Counted from the first letter of the stretch, positions 35,729 through 45,673 are shown. The stretch is 64,000 nt of DNA from Nanobdellota archaeon (GCA_021818475.1 JAKADZ010000002.1:536-64535), one strand, 5' to 3'. The notes: a model not told the origin generated them from the letters alone. Numbers and translations are program-made.

Positions 35729-36364
35729 ATGAGTTTAATAAAAGAAACTAAATCAATAAGAAAGTTGCATCCGGTGGAATTTTCAGATTCAAAAATCGGA
35801 GAAGCAGAAATATTAAGTGATTTCGATAAAACAGAAATTAGTGAAGAAAGTGCGTATAGTGAAGTTTTTGCTTATCTGCGAAATAGACCGGATATTTCTT
35901 TATTAAAGAACATAATCTCCACATATGTTCGTTATAAAAGAACAGGTGATGTTAAAGATTTCTATTCCTTATTTCATGGTTGTCCGGTAGAAGTTCTTGA
36001 TCAGATAGCCCTAAAGCTTCATCAAAGGCAGGAATGGGAAGAATTAATGCAGAAAGAAAGAATAAAGAAAGTCGGAATTGTCAGCAGGAATAACAAAAGA
36101 ATAATCCAAAAATTTATAGAGAACCCAAAACATCCGGGATTGGAATTAAGTATAGTTGCTGCAAATATTCCTGAAATAAAAGATGGAATTTATACGGGAA
36201 AAGTTGAAGTGATAGTTAATAATGAAAATTTATCCACATTTATTTCAGACAAAGGGTACATTTGCAGAAATGAAGAAAGAAGGATAGTGGAAAAAGATGA
36301 AGGCATACGGTCTGAATCAAAAAGAAATGGATTTTATATATGTTGGAGAAAAAAAATTTTTTAA
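35729..36364 (+). CDS. hypothetical protein (211 aa)
   Basis: Clean ORF, no motif recognised. Confidence 0.45.
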   Translation: MSLIKETKSIRKLHPVEFSDSKIGEAEILSDFDKTEISEESAYSEVFAYLRNRPDISLLKNIISTYVRYKRTGDVKDFYSLFHGCPVEVLDQIALKLHQRQEWEELMQKERIKKVGIVSRNNKRIIQKFIENPKHPGLELSIVAANIPEIKDGIYTGKVEVIVNNENLSTFISDKGYICRNEERRIVEKDEGIRSESKRNGFYICWRKKIF

Positions 36365-36416
36365 ATTAAAAGGGGGAAATACAAATATTTTAAATCTCAG
36401 GAATTTTTAAAATAAG

Positions 36417-37310
36417 ATGAATCTCTCACAAAAACAAAAAATTCTGAAAGCAGGGGAAATAGCGAAAACTGTCAGGGAATATGCTCGGACAATTGTAAAA
36501 AAGGACGTTCCTCTTTTGGAGATTGCAGAAAAAATAGAAGCAAAAATAATTGAGCTTGGTGGCAAGCCTGCCTTTCCAACTAACCTTTCAATAAATGAAA
36601 TTGCCGCACATTATACTCCTGCTTATAATGATGAAACTAAAGCGGAAGGTCTGATAAAAGTGGATATGGGAGTTCACATTGACGGATGGATTGCAGATTT
36701 CACTTTTTCATTAGATTTGGAAAATAATCCGGAAAATAAAAAATTAATTGAAGCGTCGGAAAAAGCATTGCAAAATGCAATCGAGAAGGCAAAACAAAAA
36801 AGTTCTCTCGGAGAAATAGGGAAAGCAATTCAGGAAACCATTGAATCTTACGGGGCTTCGCCGATAATAAATCTCACAGGACATGAAATGGATGAATATG
36901 ACCTTCATGCAGGACTTGCAATTCTTAATATTACGAATAAAAATTCAGAAAAACTGCCAGAAGGATTGTACGCAATCGAACCTTTCACAACAAAAGGCAG
37001 CGGGAAAATTCATGAGGGAAAACCCTCCGGAATTTATCAATTAACAAATGATAAAAATGTAAGAAATCCTGAGGCAAGAAAAGTTTTGAATTTTATAATT
37101 GAAGAATACAAAACTTTACCGTTCTGTTCAAGATGGCTCGTAAAAAAATTAGGCGTTAAGGCTTTATTTTCTTTAAGACAGCTGGAAGAAAATGGAAATT
37201 TATATCAATATCCCCAGTTAGTGGAAATTTCAAAAAGCAAAGTTGCTCAGGCAGAAGACACCATTCTCGTAGAGAACAATGAAGTAATTGTTACAAGTGG
37301 GGTTCTTTGA
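36417..37310 (+). CDS. map: methionine aminopeptidase, type 2 (archaeal)
   Basis: AAHYTP, VDMGVHIDGWIADFTF, GHEM and the pita-bread metal ligand pattern. Confidence 0.85.
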   Translation: MNLSQKQKILKAGEIAKTVREYARTIVKKDVPLLEIAEKIEAKIIELGGKPAFPTNLSINEIAAHYTPAYNDETKAEGLIKVDMGVHIDGWIADFTFSLDLENNPENKKLIEASEKALQNAIEKAKQKSSLGEIGKAIQETIESYGASPIINLTGHEMDEYDLHAGLAILNITNKNSEKLPEGLYAIEPFTTKGSGKIHEGKPSGIYQLTNDKNVRNPEARKVLNFIIEEYKTLPFCSRWLVKKLGVKALFSLRQLEENGNLYQYPQLVEISKSKVAQAEDTILVENNEVIVTSGVL

Positions 37311-37394
37311 GGAAGAAAGAGTCTACAATGGTAGAAATAAGAAAAATAATTTATAATTTTTTCTCTTCTTTTTAAAAGATAACTTCCTTCAAAA

Positions 37395-37505
37395 ATTTCG
37401 CAAATAAAAAAACTTTTCCTTCGGGGAGGCGAGAGTTTTCACGAGTGCCGGAAAAAAATTTAAATGCAACGAGGGGGGCTCGAGTTGGGCGGGAATGATG
37501 GAATA
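37395..37505 (+). repeat. mosaic repeat copy (gagagttttcacgagtgccggaaaaaaatttaaatgcaacgag...gttgggcggg)
   Basis: Near-identical stretch to 13140-13185. Confidence 0.75.
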
Positions 37506-37544
37506 AAATTATAAATTTTTAAACCAAAATTAATAATAATTTGA

Positions 37545-37772
37545 ATGGCAAGAGAGTCAAAATTAATTAAAATACTTAAAGGAATTTCATCAGCGGTAAT
37601 TGGTTCAGTTGCAGGAGGATTCCTGGCTTACAATCTTTATACACCTGGAACATTAAATATTAGTCAAGAAAAATATACCCTTGTGGGTTTTATAGCGGGG
37701 GGAATGATGGGAGCATATCTCTACTATGAAAGTTTAGAAAAGAAAAAATCCAATTCAGAAAAGATGGAATGA
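37545..37772 (+). CDS. small membrane protein (75 aa)
   Basis: Two Gly-rich hydrophobic helices. Confidence 0.4.
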   Translation: MARESKLIKILKGISSAVIGSVAGGFLAYNLYTPGTLNISQEKYTLVGFIAGGMMGAYLYYESLEKKKSNSEKME

Positions 37773-37839
37773 TTAAGATAAACTAACTGTAATCCTTTTA
37801 TTACTAATACTCATAATTAGCGTTAAATTTTCTCTATTA

Positions 37840-37875
37840 ACATTTTTCCCTCGGGGGTGGGCGGGAATTTTAATG
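37840..37875 (+). repeat. short mosaic repeat core (tttttccctcGGGGGTGGGCGGGaatttt)
   Basis: Same core as the other copies; lies between convergent genes. Confidence 0.65.
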
Positions 37876-37895
37876 ATTAAAAACAAAAAAATAAT

Positions 37896-38111
37896 TTATT
37901 TTTTAGATAAACCTTTAGCTATATAACGAAAAGCCAATCTTGCTAATCCTCGGTCAATCTTTAAAGATTCCTCTTCTGAAAATTCTTTTGGATTATCTAA
38001 ATAATAATCTAAATTCCAAATTGCTTTAGCAACATTTTCTGGTTTATTCCCTTGGAGATAGTTCTCAAAAGTCGTTATTGCTTCCAAAGTCTTCTCATAT
38101 TGTTCGCTCAT
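37896..38111 (-). CDS. hypothetical protein (71 aa)
   Basis: Only ORF in this spacer. Confidence 0.4.
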   Translation of the reverse strand: MSEQYEKTLEAITTFENYLQGNKPENVAKAIWNLDYYLDNPKEFSEEESLKIDRGLARLAFRYIAKGLSKK

Positions 38112-38412
38112 ATTTTTTAACTATTAATTTCCTTTATAATAATTTATATTATCAAATGAATAGATTTTATTTTCCTCTAAATAAATTAACCACTCTTTAA
38201 GAATTATAATTATTTAAAAATAAAAAGAGCCTCATTTCTTTAATATTAATTTAAACGTCAAATAGATTAAATTAATATTTCGCCGATGAGGCTTTTTCTA
38301 GTTAATTAGTCGGAAGTGTATCAAATATTTAAACATTTCGTTGAAAAAAGATACATTTCCAATTTGCTTAGCAAATAAATTATACAAGATACAAAGGAGG
38401 AAAAAACAAAAG

Positions 38413-39507
38413 ATGGTATTAGATTTTGCAAAAGAAGCAATAGATAACGCAAGCACACACAGTATCAACTTCGATGAATTGAAAGCTGGAAAAGCTAACA
38501 TAAAAGTAGTTGGTGCTGGAGGAATGGGTTGTAATGCAATCACCTGGCTTTTCAACAAAGGAATCAGCGGAGCAACTGTTTATGCAGTTAACACTGATGC
38601 TCTTCACCTTAGCGTTTCAAAATCTGACGAGAAAATTCTTATAGGGAAAGAATTGACAAGAGGATTGGGATGCGGTGGTATGCCACAAAAAGGAAGAGAA
38701 GCAGCAAAAGAAGCTTTAGCTGAACTTAAGAAAGCTGTTGGCGGTGCAGATATGGTTTTCGTCGTTGCAGGAATGGGCGGCGGAACAGGAACAGGCTCTT
38801 CTCCGGTAATTGCTCAAATTGCCAAAGAATCAGGAGCAGTTGTTATAGGGGTTGTCACAATGCCTTTCGAATCTGAAAGAGCAAGAATTGACAAAGCTGA
38901 ATTCGGATTGCAGGAGTTAAGAGATGTTACAGATACAACAATCGTTCTTGACAATAACAGACTTGTTGACATTGCAGGACAATTGCCAATTGAACAGGCA
39001 TTTGCTGTTGCTAATGAATTAATAAGTACAATGGTCAAGGGAATTGTTGAGACAATCACATTACCAAGCTTGATTAATCTAGATTATGCAGATGTTTCAG
39101 CCATAATGAAAGATGGCGGAGTTGCAGTTATCGGAATCGGAGAAGCAGACACACAGAACAAAGTTATGGAAGCTGTTCAGCAGGCTCTTACACATCCTCT
39201 ACTTGACGTGGATTACAAAGGGGCTACTGGTGCTTTGATACATGTAACATGCGGACCGGATTTGAAATTGGAAGAATTCGACTTAATCGGAAGAATTGTT
39301 TCTGAAAACTTGAACCCGGAAGCAAATGTAATTATTGGGGCAAGAATCAGCAAAGACTTCAACGGAAAAGTCAGAGTCATAACAATAATGACTGGTGTTA
39401 AATCTCCATACGTCCTTGGTAAAGATTTAGATGAATTCTCATCTTCATCACAGGGCAGAGCTCCAACAAAAGAAATGTCTGACTTAGGAATCGAAGTTTG
39501 GAGATAA
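38413..39507 (+). CDS. ftsZ: cell division protein FtsZ
   Basis: Tubulin signature GGGTGTG (AGMGGGTGTGSSPV). Start set at ATG 38413, downstream of the ggagg at 38396-38400; the ORF track begins at 38341. Confidence 0.9.
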   Translation: MVLDFAKEAIDNASTHSINFDELKAGKANIKVVGAGGMGCNAITWLFNKGISGATVYAVNTDALHLSVSKSDEKILIGKELTRGLGCGGMPQKGREAAKEALAELKKAVGGADMVFVVAGMGGGTGTGSSPVIAQIAKESGAVVIGVVTMPFESERARIDKAEFGLQELRDVTDTTIVLDNNRLVDIAGQLPIEQAFAVANELISTMVKGIVETITLPSLINLDYADVSAIMKDGGVAVIGIGEADTQNKVMEAVQQALTHPLLDVDYKGATGALIHVTCGPDLKLEEFDLIGRIVSENLNPEANVIIGARISKDFNGKVRVITIMTGVKSPYVLGKDLDEFSSSSQGRAPTKEMSDLGIEVWR

Positions 39508-39566
39508 ATAGGGTATTATTTTATTTTTATTTTCCCTTTTATTTTTTATAAACTAATTTTGAATTT

Positions 39567-39953
39567 TTATAGAACTCTTTTAAGCCACCTTAATTTTTTT
39601 TCATTTTCTTTTATATTTTTTATTTCTTCCTGCTCAGCTTGTTCAGCAAATCTTCTTCTTAAATTAAAATAAGTTTCCATTAAAAGAGGGGAATAATCCT
39701 GATTAAGACTGTTAAAATAATCAGTAGAATATCCATCCGGAGCATTAAGAGAAAGTTCACAAATTTCATGGTGATTACTCAACTGTTTAGAATAACTCAA
39801 TCTCAGGGTAAAATCCTTGATTTTCAAAGAATAACTGGTTAACTCAAAAAGCGCATTATGTTCTGACAAAGTTTCAATTCTGTCGAGATTGGTTTTCCTG
39901 AACCTTTGCACAGCTCTTTTCAGAACATCATTTTCAAGTTGTTTATTTATCAT
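39567..39953 (-). CDS. hypothetical protein (128 aa)
   Basis: Clean ORF. Confidence 0.45.
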   Translation of the reverse strand: MINKQLENDVLKRAVQRFRKTNLDRIETLSEHNALFELTSYSLKIKDFTLRLSYSKQLSNHHEICELSLNAPDGYSTDYFNSLNQDYSPLLMETYFNLRRRFAEQAEQEEIKNIKENEKKLRWLKRVL

Positions 39954-39982
39954 AAAAAGGAAGAAATCAATTGATTTATAAA

Positions 39983-40540
39983 TTATTCTGTTGAATGAAT
40001 TTTTTTCATTTTTACATTGCCGTAAGAATTGAAATATAAAATTCTGTTAAGATCAATTTTAGCTACTCTTGTTCTTAGCGTTTCCGCATTATAACCTATA
40101 GGGAATATTGCTTCAATATTAACATTTTCAGGAATGCCTAATACTTTTTTTACCTGTTCTTCAACAAATTTCCCTACCCAGCAGGTAGATAATCCCGATT
40201 CAGTTATTTTAAGAAGAAAATTTTCTATTGCCGCCCCTGCCTGTTGTCTTGAATAAACCTTTCCAGCCTCCCCGAACAAATTAACAGTCCTTGAAGGGTC
40301 AGAACATGCAACAACAACGTATTTTGATTCAGACACAAAATTTTGATGACATGATTCAGTTATTTCTTTTATCTTTTCTTCATCATCAATAAGAATAAAT
40401 TTTAAGGTATAATTATTTCCTGCCATTGGCGCAAAACGCGCAGAATCGATGCACTCAATAATAGTTCTCCAGTCAGGTTTTTTTTTCAGATTAAATTTCC
40501 TGACGCTTTTTCTCTTTTGAATTGCTGAATCTAATTCCAT
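39983..40540 (-). CDS. nitroreductase-family protein
   Basis: IQKRKSVRKF...APMAGNNYTLKFILI N-terminal motif; about 185 aa. Confidence 0.75.
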   Translation of the reverse strand: MELDSAIQKRKSVRKFNLKKKPDWRTIIECIDSARFAPMAGNNYTLKFILIDDEEKIKEITESCHQNFVSESKYVVVACSDPSRTVNLFGEAGKVYSRQQAGAAIENFLLKITESGLSTCWVGKFVEEQVKKVLGIPENVNIEAIFPIGYNAETLRTRVAKIDLNRILYFNSYGNVKMKKIHSTE

Positions 40541-40569
40541 AAATTATCAATGAAAAGGAATTATAAAAA

Positions 40570-40840
40570 TGTTTTGGACATTTATTACTCGCTGATGCTC
40601 GCTTTTATTATCACCTCTTTTTCGATAGCATTTGTAAATTTTCTAATCTTCATGGATTTTTACGGCAATAACAAATTCTCATTGGAAATTTTTTCTTCAC
40701 GCGAACGAAGTGAGTGTGCGACGGAAAATTCCTGTTTCCAGTCTTCGAAGACAGGAAAAATTTCATTTATCTCAAAAAATTTTGAAAGAATTTTTTGCAA
40801 ATTCTTCCTCGGGGGGTTGGGATGAGTTGTATCAAGAATC
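40570..40840 (+). repeat. composite mosaic element (ttactcgctgatgctc box, hairpin 40724-40764, A/T hairpin 40773-40797, ggggggttggg)
   Basis: Collinear with 33921-34145 and 43561-43860; the 91-aa ORF across it is judged spurious. Confidence 0.8.
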
Positions 40841-40845
40841 AATAA

Positions 40846-41874
40846 TTAAATTTTCTCACACAAAATAGCTTCATTATTTTTTTCATTCATAAATAAATTA
40901 ATTTCTTTTTTCCCCTCAAGCTGTTTCTCATAGAAATTTCTTATTTTCCAATAATCTTTTGGGTCAACAGTATATCGCAAAATTGCTTTCCCTGCGCCGA
41001 TTTTTTTTAATTCAGAAAGAATTTCTTTTTCATTGTTTCTGCAAATTTTTATGATTCTATAAGGGGAGATAAAATAAGATTTCTTCTCATTATCTGAAAA
41101 TAGAAGAGGCTTGTTTAATTCTAAAACAGAAGCATTTAATTTAGATGCAAGTTCATCAATAAGCCCTGAAAGAATAATCGTCGGATCAATAGAATAAAGA
41201 TATTTGAAATTTTTTGCAGAATTAATTTTTTGGGAGTTTATTTTCTTATCAGATTGAATAATTTTCTCTTTTGAAGGAAGAGCAATAGCAGATTTTTCGC
41301 AGGTTTTCAATTCATAAAAATATAATGTAAGCCTGTTTAATTGCTCTTTTAATGAGATAAATTCCTCTTCAAAATCAAATTTTTTTCTCAATTCTTCAAG
41401 CCCTTTTGTATAAGGAGGAATTTCGATTGCAATTTTTTTTGCCATGGGAAGATAAAATTTTAAAATTTCCACAACAGGTGGTTTAATTTTATCCAAAGTT
41501 CTTTCAGACTCTTCTGGTCTTTCAGTGTCAAAGAAGATTATATCAGGAGATTCCTTTGATATTTTTTGTATTACACTTTTATTTAGCGCGTCTCCGTTTA
41601 TGACTTCAACATTATTTATCCTCAATTTTTTTATGTTGTCACTTAATATTTTTGCCCTGCTTTTGTCAAGCTCAACTGCAATTACTTTTTTGCATTTTCT
41701 TGAAAAAGCAATTGTCTGTGCTCCGATTCCTGCTCCGAGCTCAACTAATAAATTGCATTTTAATTTTTCAGCGCGGTAATTTGCAACATCTCGCGGCGTC
41801 GCGAATTTCAAAAATTCCTTTGGAATTTTCAGTTTCTCCTGAAAAATAAGCGGCTGTTTTTTTAGTCTTGGCAT
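40846..41874 (-). CDS. class I SAM-dependent methyltransferase (342 aa)
   Basis: LVELGAGIGAQTIAF motif I, VIAVELD motif II, INGDAL; substrate unknown. Confidence 0.6.
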   Translation of the reverse strand: MPRLKKQPLIFQEKLKIPKEFLKFATPRDVANYRAEKLKCNLLVELGAGIGAQTIAFSRKCKKVIAVELDKSRAKILSDNIKKLRINNVEVINGDALNKSVIQKISKESPDIIFFDTERPEESERTLDKIKPPVVEILKFYLPMAKKIAIEIPPYTKGLEELRKKFDFEEEFISLKEQLNRLTLYFYELKTCEKSAIALPSKEKIIQSDKKINSQKINSAKNFKYLYSIDPTIILSGLIDELASKLNASVLELNKPLLFSDNEKKSYFISPYRIIKICRNNEKEILSELKKIGAGKAILRYTVDPKDYWKIRNFYEKQLEGKKEINLFMNEKNNEAILCEKI

Positions 41875-41924
41875 GATTATTTTAGTTGGATTAAATTTAT
41901 AAATTAAACTTTTCTTAATTCGTT

Positions 41925-42086
41925 ATGGCAACATATCCACCAGATCCAAGAAAAAGGAAACTTGATTATAACATAGCACAAAATATCTATGACGACTTTG
42001 TGAAAGCTTGCAGTAGAAAGGGATTTGCACCACAGGTTATCATAGAAAAAATGATGGCTAAGTTCAATGAAACAGGACAGGTTTAA
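41925..42086 (+). CDS. small protein (53 aa, below the ORF-track cutoff)
   Basis: MATYPPDPRKRKLDYNIAQNIYDDFVKACSRKGF...; a ribbon-helix-helix-like impression only. Confidence 0.3.
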   Translation: MATYPPDPRKRKLDYNIAQNIYDDFVKACSRKGFAPQVIIEKMMAKFNETGQV

Positions 42087-42349
42087 TTATTAATTTCTTG
42101 GGCATCTAATTTTGATTTTACTATTAACGCTTGTTCTCTTGACAAGTAATAAATTTCTCCAGAAACAATTTTATTGGAAGTAAATGCTTTTAGTGCAATA
42201 GCATATTCAACACAACGAGGATGATAAAATTCGTTATCTCCCATCCAAGCTACTTTTCCTATCCTTATAGGTCTTTTACATTCGGGATTAGCACAGACTA
42301 ATTCCAATTCTTTCTCTTTTCTTTTTTTCATCAAATCAATCAGTCTCAT
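42083..42349 (-). CDS. hypothetical protein with CxxC...C motif (88 aa)
   Basis: ORF starts 5 nt from the tRNA-Asn 3' end. Confidence 0.4.
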   Translation of the reverse strand: MRLIDLMKKRKEKELELVCANPECKRPIRIGKVAWMGDNEFYHPRCVEYAIALKAFTSNKIVSGEIYYLSREQALIVKSKLDAQEINN

Positions 42350-42353
42350 AAAG

Positions 42354-42426
42354 CGTCTCGTATAGGACTCGAACCTATGACCCCCTGATTAACAGTCAGG
42401 TGCTCTACCAACTGAGCTAACGAGAC
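42354..42426 (-). tRNA. tRNA-Asn(GUU), no intron
   Basis: GTCTCGT-TA-GCTC-AGTTGGTA-GAGC-A-CCTGA-CTGTTAA-TCAGG-GGGTC-ATAGG-TTCGAGT-CCTAT-ACGAGAC-G. Confidence 0.9.
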
Positions 42427-42515
42427 ATTATGACCTAGTTAGCGAATGAATGCATTAAGCATTTCTACCATTGTAGTTTCTTTCTTCTCAAAGAAACCCA
42501 GTGAGCTAACGAGAC
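42427..42515 (-). repeat. hairpin-box element plus duplicated tRNA-Asn 5' fragment
   Basis: gagctaacgagac is repeated at 42503-42515, 89 bp from 42414-42426. Between them (minus strand) lies GGTTTCTTTGAGAAGAAAGAAAC-TACAATGGTAGAAA. Confidence 0.85.
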
Positions 42516-42548
42516 ACAATTAGAAAAATTTTTTCGATTATTTAAAGG

Positions 42549-43085
42549 TTATTCTTTAACTTTTTTAGTGGATTTTTTCTTTTTTTGTTCTTTTAATCCC
42601 AAGTCTAAAATAGGCTGAGCTTTGTGCTTTTCAAGGAAAGCGTAAACATTCGCCTGTTTGCTTCCCTGAATTATTGAAACAACCGCATCATGGGCATTTT
42701 TAATAAGTTCGGGAGAGCCGATTATCCCGACTTCATTATTTTTTATCTGGAAAAAACATTCAGTCAATTCGCTTAAAGTCCTGAAAGTTCTTCCGCTGCT
42801 GCCGATTATCCTCGCACGGATTCGGTCTAAATCTTTCCTGTGAGTGTAATTTTTTATGCTCAAAGTTTCAAACATAAAATCTTCAGTCTTTATTAAGAAT
42901 GCAGACGAAAGAGGAAATCCAAAATTCAAAGCATCAATAATCATCTCCCCGATGTATTCATCTTCAGCATTTCCCTCTATGATGATTTCATTTCCTTTCG
43001 GAATAATTTTTAGGTTTAGCATTTTTTCCAGTTTGGTTTTGTTCTCAGTAATTTTAGAAGAGTTATCAACAATTATAGTTTTCAT
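42549..43085 (-). CDS. KH-domain RNA-binding protein (Dim2/Pno1-like)
   Basis: Two KH-like modules; IIGSSGRTFRTLSELT has the GxxG-type loop. Confidence 0.65.
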   Translation of the reverse strand: MKTIIVDNSSKITENKTKLEKMLNLKIIPKGNEIIIEGNAEDEYIGEMIIDALNFGFPLSSAFLIKTEDFMFETLSIKNYTHRKDLDRIRARIIGSSGRTFRTLSELTECFFQIKNNEVGIIGSPELIKNAHDAVVSIIQGSKQANVYAFLEKHKAQPILDLGLKEQKKKKSTKKVKE

Positions 43086-43118
43086 GATTTTATTAAAGAG
43101 TTTTAAGATTTTAAATTT

Positions 43119-43472
43119 TTAGAATTCAGAATTTTCAGTTTTTAAATAGCCGTTTCTCTTAAGCCATTCAATTTGATTCGGTTTGTATTTCAAAATTATA
43201 TCTCCTTTATTTTTGTCTAATTCCCACAATTCAACAAGAACAACATCTTTTGGACGAAGCCATAATGCCCTTTTTAATCTCCCGGGAACACGGCAGTTTC
43301 GTATTTTGCCGTCGAGGCAATTAACCATCATTTTATTCCCCCCGAATCTTTGTTCAATAATTCCAATTACCTGTCTGTCTCCTCTCGGTAATGGAGCCCG
43401 TGTAACAGGCTGATTTTCATTGCCTTCATTATTTCCATCTTCATTAAAATCTTCAAATTCTTCGTCTGTCAT
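43119..43472 (-). CDS. eif1a: translation initiation factor 1A
   Basis: S1-like OB: CLDGKIRNCRVPGRLKRALWLRPKDVVLVELW. Confidence 0.85.
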   Translation of the reverse strand: MTDEEFEDFNEDGNNEGNENQPVTRAPLPRGDRQVIGIIEQRFGGNKMMVNCLDGKIRNCRVPGRLKRALWLRPKDVVLVELWELDKNKGDIILKYKPNQIEWLKRNGYLKTENSEF

Positions 43473-43560
43473 ACTTATTCTCGGTAAAATGTGTTTATAA
43501 AACTAAGGATTTTCTGATTTTCAAAAAATTATTAAAATAATTTCAAGAATACAAATTTGT

Positions 43561-43860
43561 TTAACATTTTATATTGCTCGCTGACGCTCACTTTATTATC
43601 CCCTCTTTTTTAGTAGAATAAGCCGTTTTAACAATTGAACTCTGCATTAATCTCTTTCGACATTAACAATTTTCATAGGAAATTTTTCCTTGTTAGAAGA
43701 CAGAAAAAATTTCAATTAATTTGCAAGCGATTCTGAAGCGAGCACAGATTATTTTCTTCAAAAAGAGAATTTTCACGAATAGAAATTAATTCCTCTTAGG
43801 GCGGGAATAAATGAACGAGGTCGCGAGCTGGACAGGGAACAGATGCAAATAAGAAGTAAA
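43561..43860 (+). repeat. composite mosaic element (ttgctcgctgacgctc box, hairpin 43679-43713, ttttcacgaatagaaa...agggcggg)
   Basis: Collinear with 33921-34145 and 40570-40840. Confidence 0.8.
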
Positions 43861-43873
43861 TAATAAACTAAAA

Positions 43874-44173
43874 TCACAATAGAACTAAAACAACAGGAAT
43901 TCCCTGGATTCTCACTATTCCTTCTTCAATTATTATGCCCGCTTCCAAGGAAAGTCTGACCGAATTTTCCCCGACAATATAAAATGTCGCATCTTCCTTA
44001 GACATTTTTTTAATTATATCAACCGCTTTTTTATCATCAACATCTTCACCAAGAAAAAAATTCTCCCTGACATCAAGCTGCAATTTTCCCTCTTCAAATT
44101 TTTTTCCGATCAAATCATTATCGCAAACAGAAACCATATCTCTCTGCGACTTCATTATCTTAATAAATACCAT
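43874..44173 (-). CDS. DUF424-like conserved archaeal protein (99 aa)
   Basis: VSVCDNDLIGKKFEEGKLQLDV...FYIVGENSV pattern. Confidence 0.5.
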   Translation of the reverse strand: MVFIKIMKSQRDMVSVCDNDLIGKKFEEGKLQLDVRENFFLGEDVDDKKAVDIIKKMSKEDATFYIVGENSVRLSLEAGIIIEEGIVRIQGIPVVLVLL

Positions 44174-44203
44174 AAAAAAATAAAAATAAAAGAATTAATA
44201 AAT

Positions 44204-44350
44204 TTATTTCTTACCCATCATTCTGCAGACAGTTGTTCCGCATACGGGGCATTTTCCTTTCATCATTGTTGTCCCTCTTGCAGTTTTGCTTTCTTTTCCG
44301 TCTTTCATCTGCACTGTTTTCTTGCACTTAACGCAATAAGCTTCTACCAT
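44204..44350 (-). CDS. small zinc-ribbon protein (48 aa, below the ORF-track cutoff)
   Basis: MVEAYCVKCKKTVQM...GKCPVCGTTVCRMMGKK has two CxxC pairs. Confidence 0.45.
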   Translation of the reverse strand: MVEAYCVKCKKTVQMKDGKESKTARGTTMMKGKCPVCGTTVCRMMGKK

Positions 44351-44495
44351 TTTTACCTCCAAGTTTTAATTATCCAAATTCTATGAATCTGTTAATCAAT
44401 AAAGATTAATATCACTTTTAAAGGTTACGACGATTATATTTTACTTCTAACAGAATGTTTTGCTCTAATCTACTTCTGGAGATTATTGAAAAACA

Positions 44496-44903
44496 TTAAA
44501 TCTTGCTACGGACAGAATGTTTTGCTCCGCACGCCATGCATTTTACAAAAGACAATCTGTCTTCTTTTACAAGCTCGGTATCAGGTTTTCCGCATTGCTG
44601 GCACAGAACAAATTCTTTTACATACTGTTCAATTTTCTGATTTATCTTCGAACTTGGAACAGTCATATTCAGAACAAGTCTGTCGCCTTCTTTCTGTCCT
44701 GAAACTGCAAGCTCTCTAAGTAAAAATTTCTGAAAATGCTCGGGATTTCTTCTCAAAAAAGATGCAACCTGATAGAAATTAGTAAGAATAGTTTTCTTTC
44801 CTTCAAAATGCCCTTCTATTTTCGGAATTTCAAATCTTTCCCCGGAATTCTCTGTTTTTTTTACTTTTCCGTAAGCTTCATTTAATAATTGTTCATAATC
44901 CAT
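44496..44903 (-). CDS. eif2b: translation initiation factor 2 beta subunit
   Basis: C-terminal zinc ribbon CQQCGKPDT...CMACGA. Start taken at MDYEQLL; the ORF track starts 5 codons earlier, at 44918. Confidence 0.85.
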   Translation of the reverse strand: MDYEQLLNEAYGKVKKTENSGERFEIPKIEGHFEGKKTILTNFYQVASFLRRNPEHFQKFLLRELAVSGQKEGDRLVLNMTVPSSKINQKIEQYVKEFVLCQQCGKPDTELVKEDRLSFVKCMACGAKHSVRSKI

Positions 44904-44953
44904 ATTTAAAAAGAACAAGATAGCTTTATAAAATTATTTGACGATTATATTAT

Positions 44954-45532
44954 ATGCAAAAGAGGACAAAAAAAGAAAAAATATCCGGAAGAAAATTAGC
45001 ATTGACGATTATCCTCGGAGTTTTTATATCAATCATGCTTATCACTTTGTTTAATTTAATCGTTACCTATTTTTATGAAGAGCCAAAATATAATGATTTC
45101 TGCGGAGCAATGGCAAATTCTTATCCGGTAAAACTGGGGGCAAATCAATGTTTAAACTGCACTATTTCTCCTGAACTGCAGGAAGAAGTAAACAATTGCA
45201 CAAGAGAAAATGGAATTCCAATTTACAATTATAATGACCAAGGATGTTCAGTCTCATTAAAAGAATGTAATCAATGCAATAGCCAATTCGAAAATGCAAA
45301 TCAGGTTTATAACAGAAATACTTTTTTCATTTATGCAGCAATAGGTTTTGTTTTAATTGTAATCGGATTATTTGTCTCGGAATTATTAATTCAGATAATA
45401 ACTCTGCCTGCAGGAGCATTTTTAGTGATTGAATCAGCAGTAAAAAATTTTGATAATAAATTGTATATAATAATTACTTTCACGATGCTGATAATCGCAG
45501 CAGTTTATTTGGCGTTAAAAAAGCTGAGATAA
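44954..45532 (+). CDS. membrane protein with Cys-rich extracytoplasmic loop (192 aa)
   Basis: N-terminal TM, about 8 Cys in the middle, two C-terminal TM helices. Confidence 0.5.
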   Translation: MQKRTKKEKISGRKLALTIILGVFISIMLITLFNLIVTYFYEEPKYNDFCGAMANSYPVKLGANQCLNCTISPELQEEVNNCTRENGIPIYNYNDQGCSVSLKECNQCNSQFENANQVYNRNTFFIYAAIGFVLIVIGLFVSELLIQIITLPAGAFLVIESAVKNFDNKLYIIITFTMLIIAAVYLALKKLR

Positions 45533-45540
45533 AAATTAAA

Positions 45541-45650
45541 TTTTTTTCTCATTAACTTATCTTCTAGCGAAGCCAAGCGATTTCGCGAATAGAAATTAAT
45601 TCCTCTTTGGGTGGGCGGGAGGGGAAATGAGCGAAATCGTAGAAAGATAA
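45541..45650 (+). repeat. mosaic repeat copy with G4 core gggtgggcgggagggg (45609-45624)
   Basis: ttttttctcattaactt...gcgatttcgcgaatagaaa...tctttGGGTGGGCGGGAGGGG...gagcgaaatcg. Confidence 0.75.
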
Positions 45651-45673
45651 AATTTTAATTTATATCAGAAATT

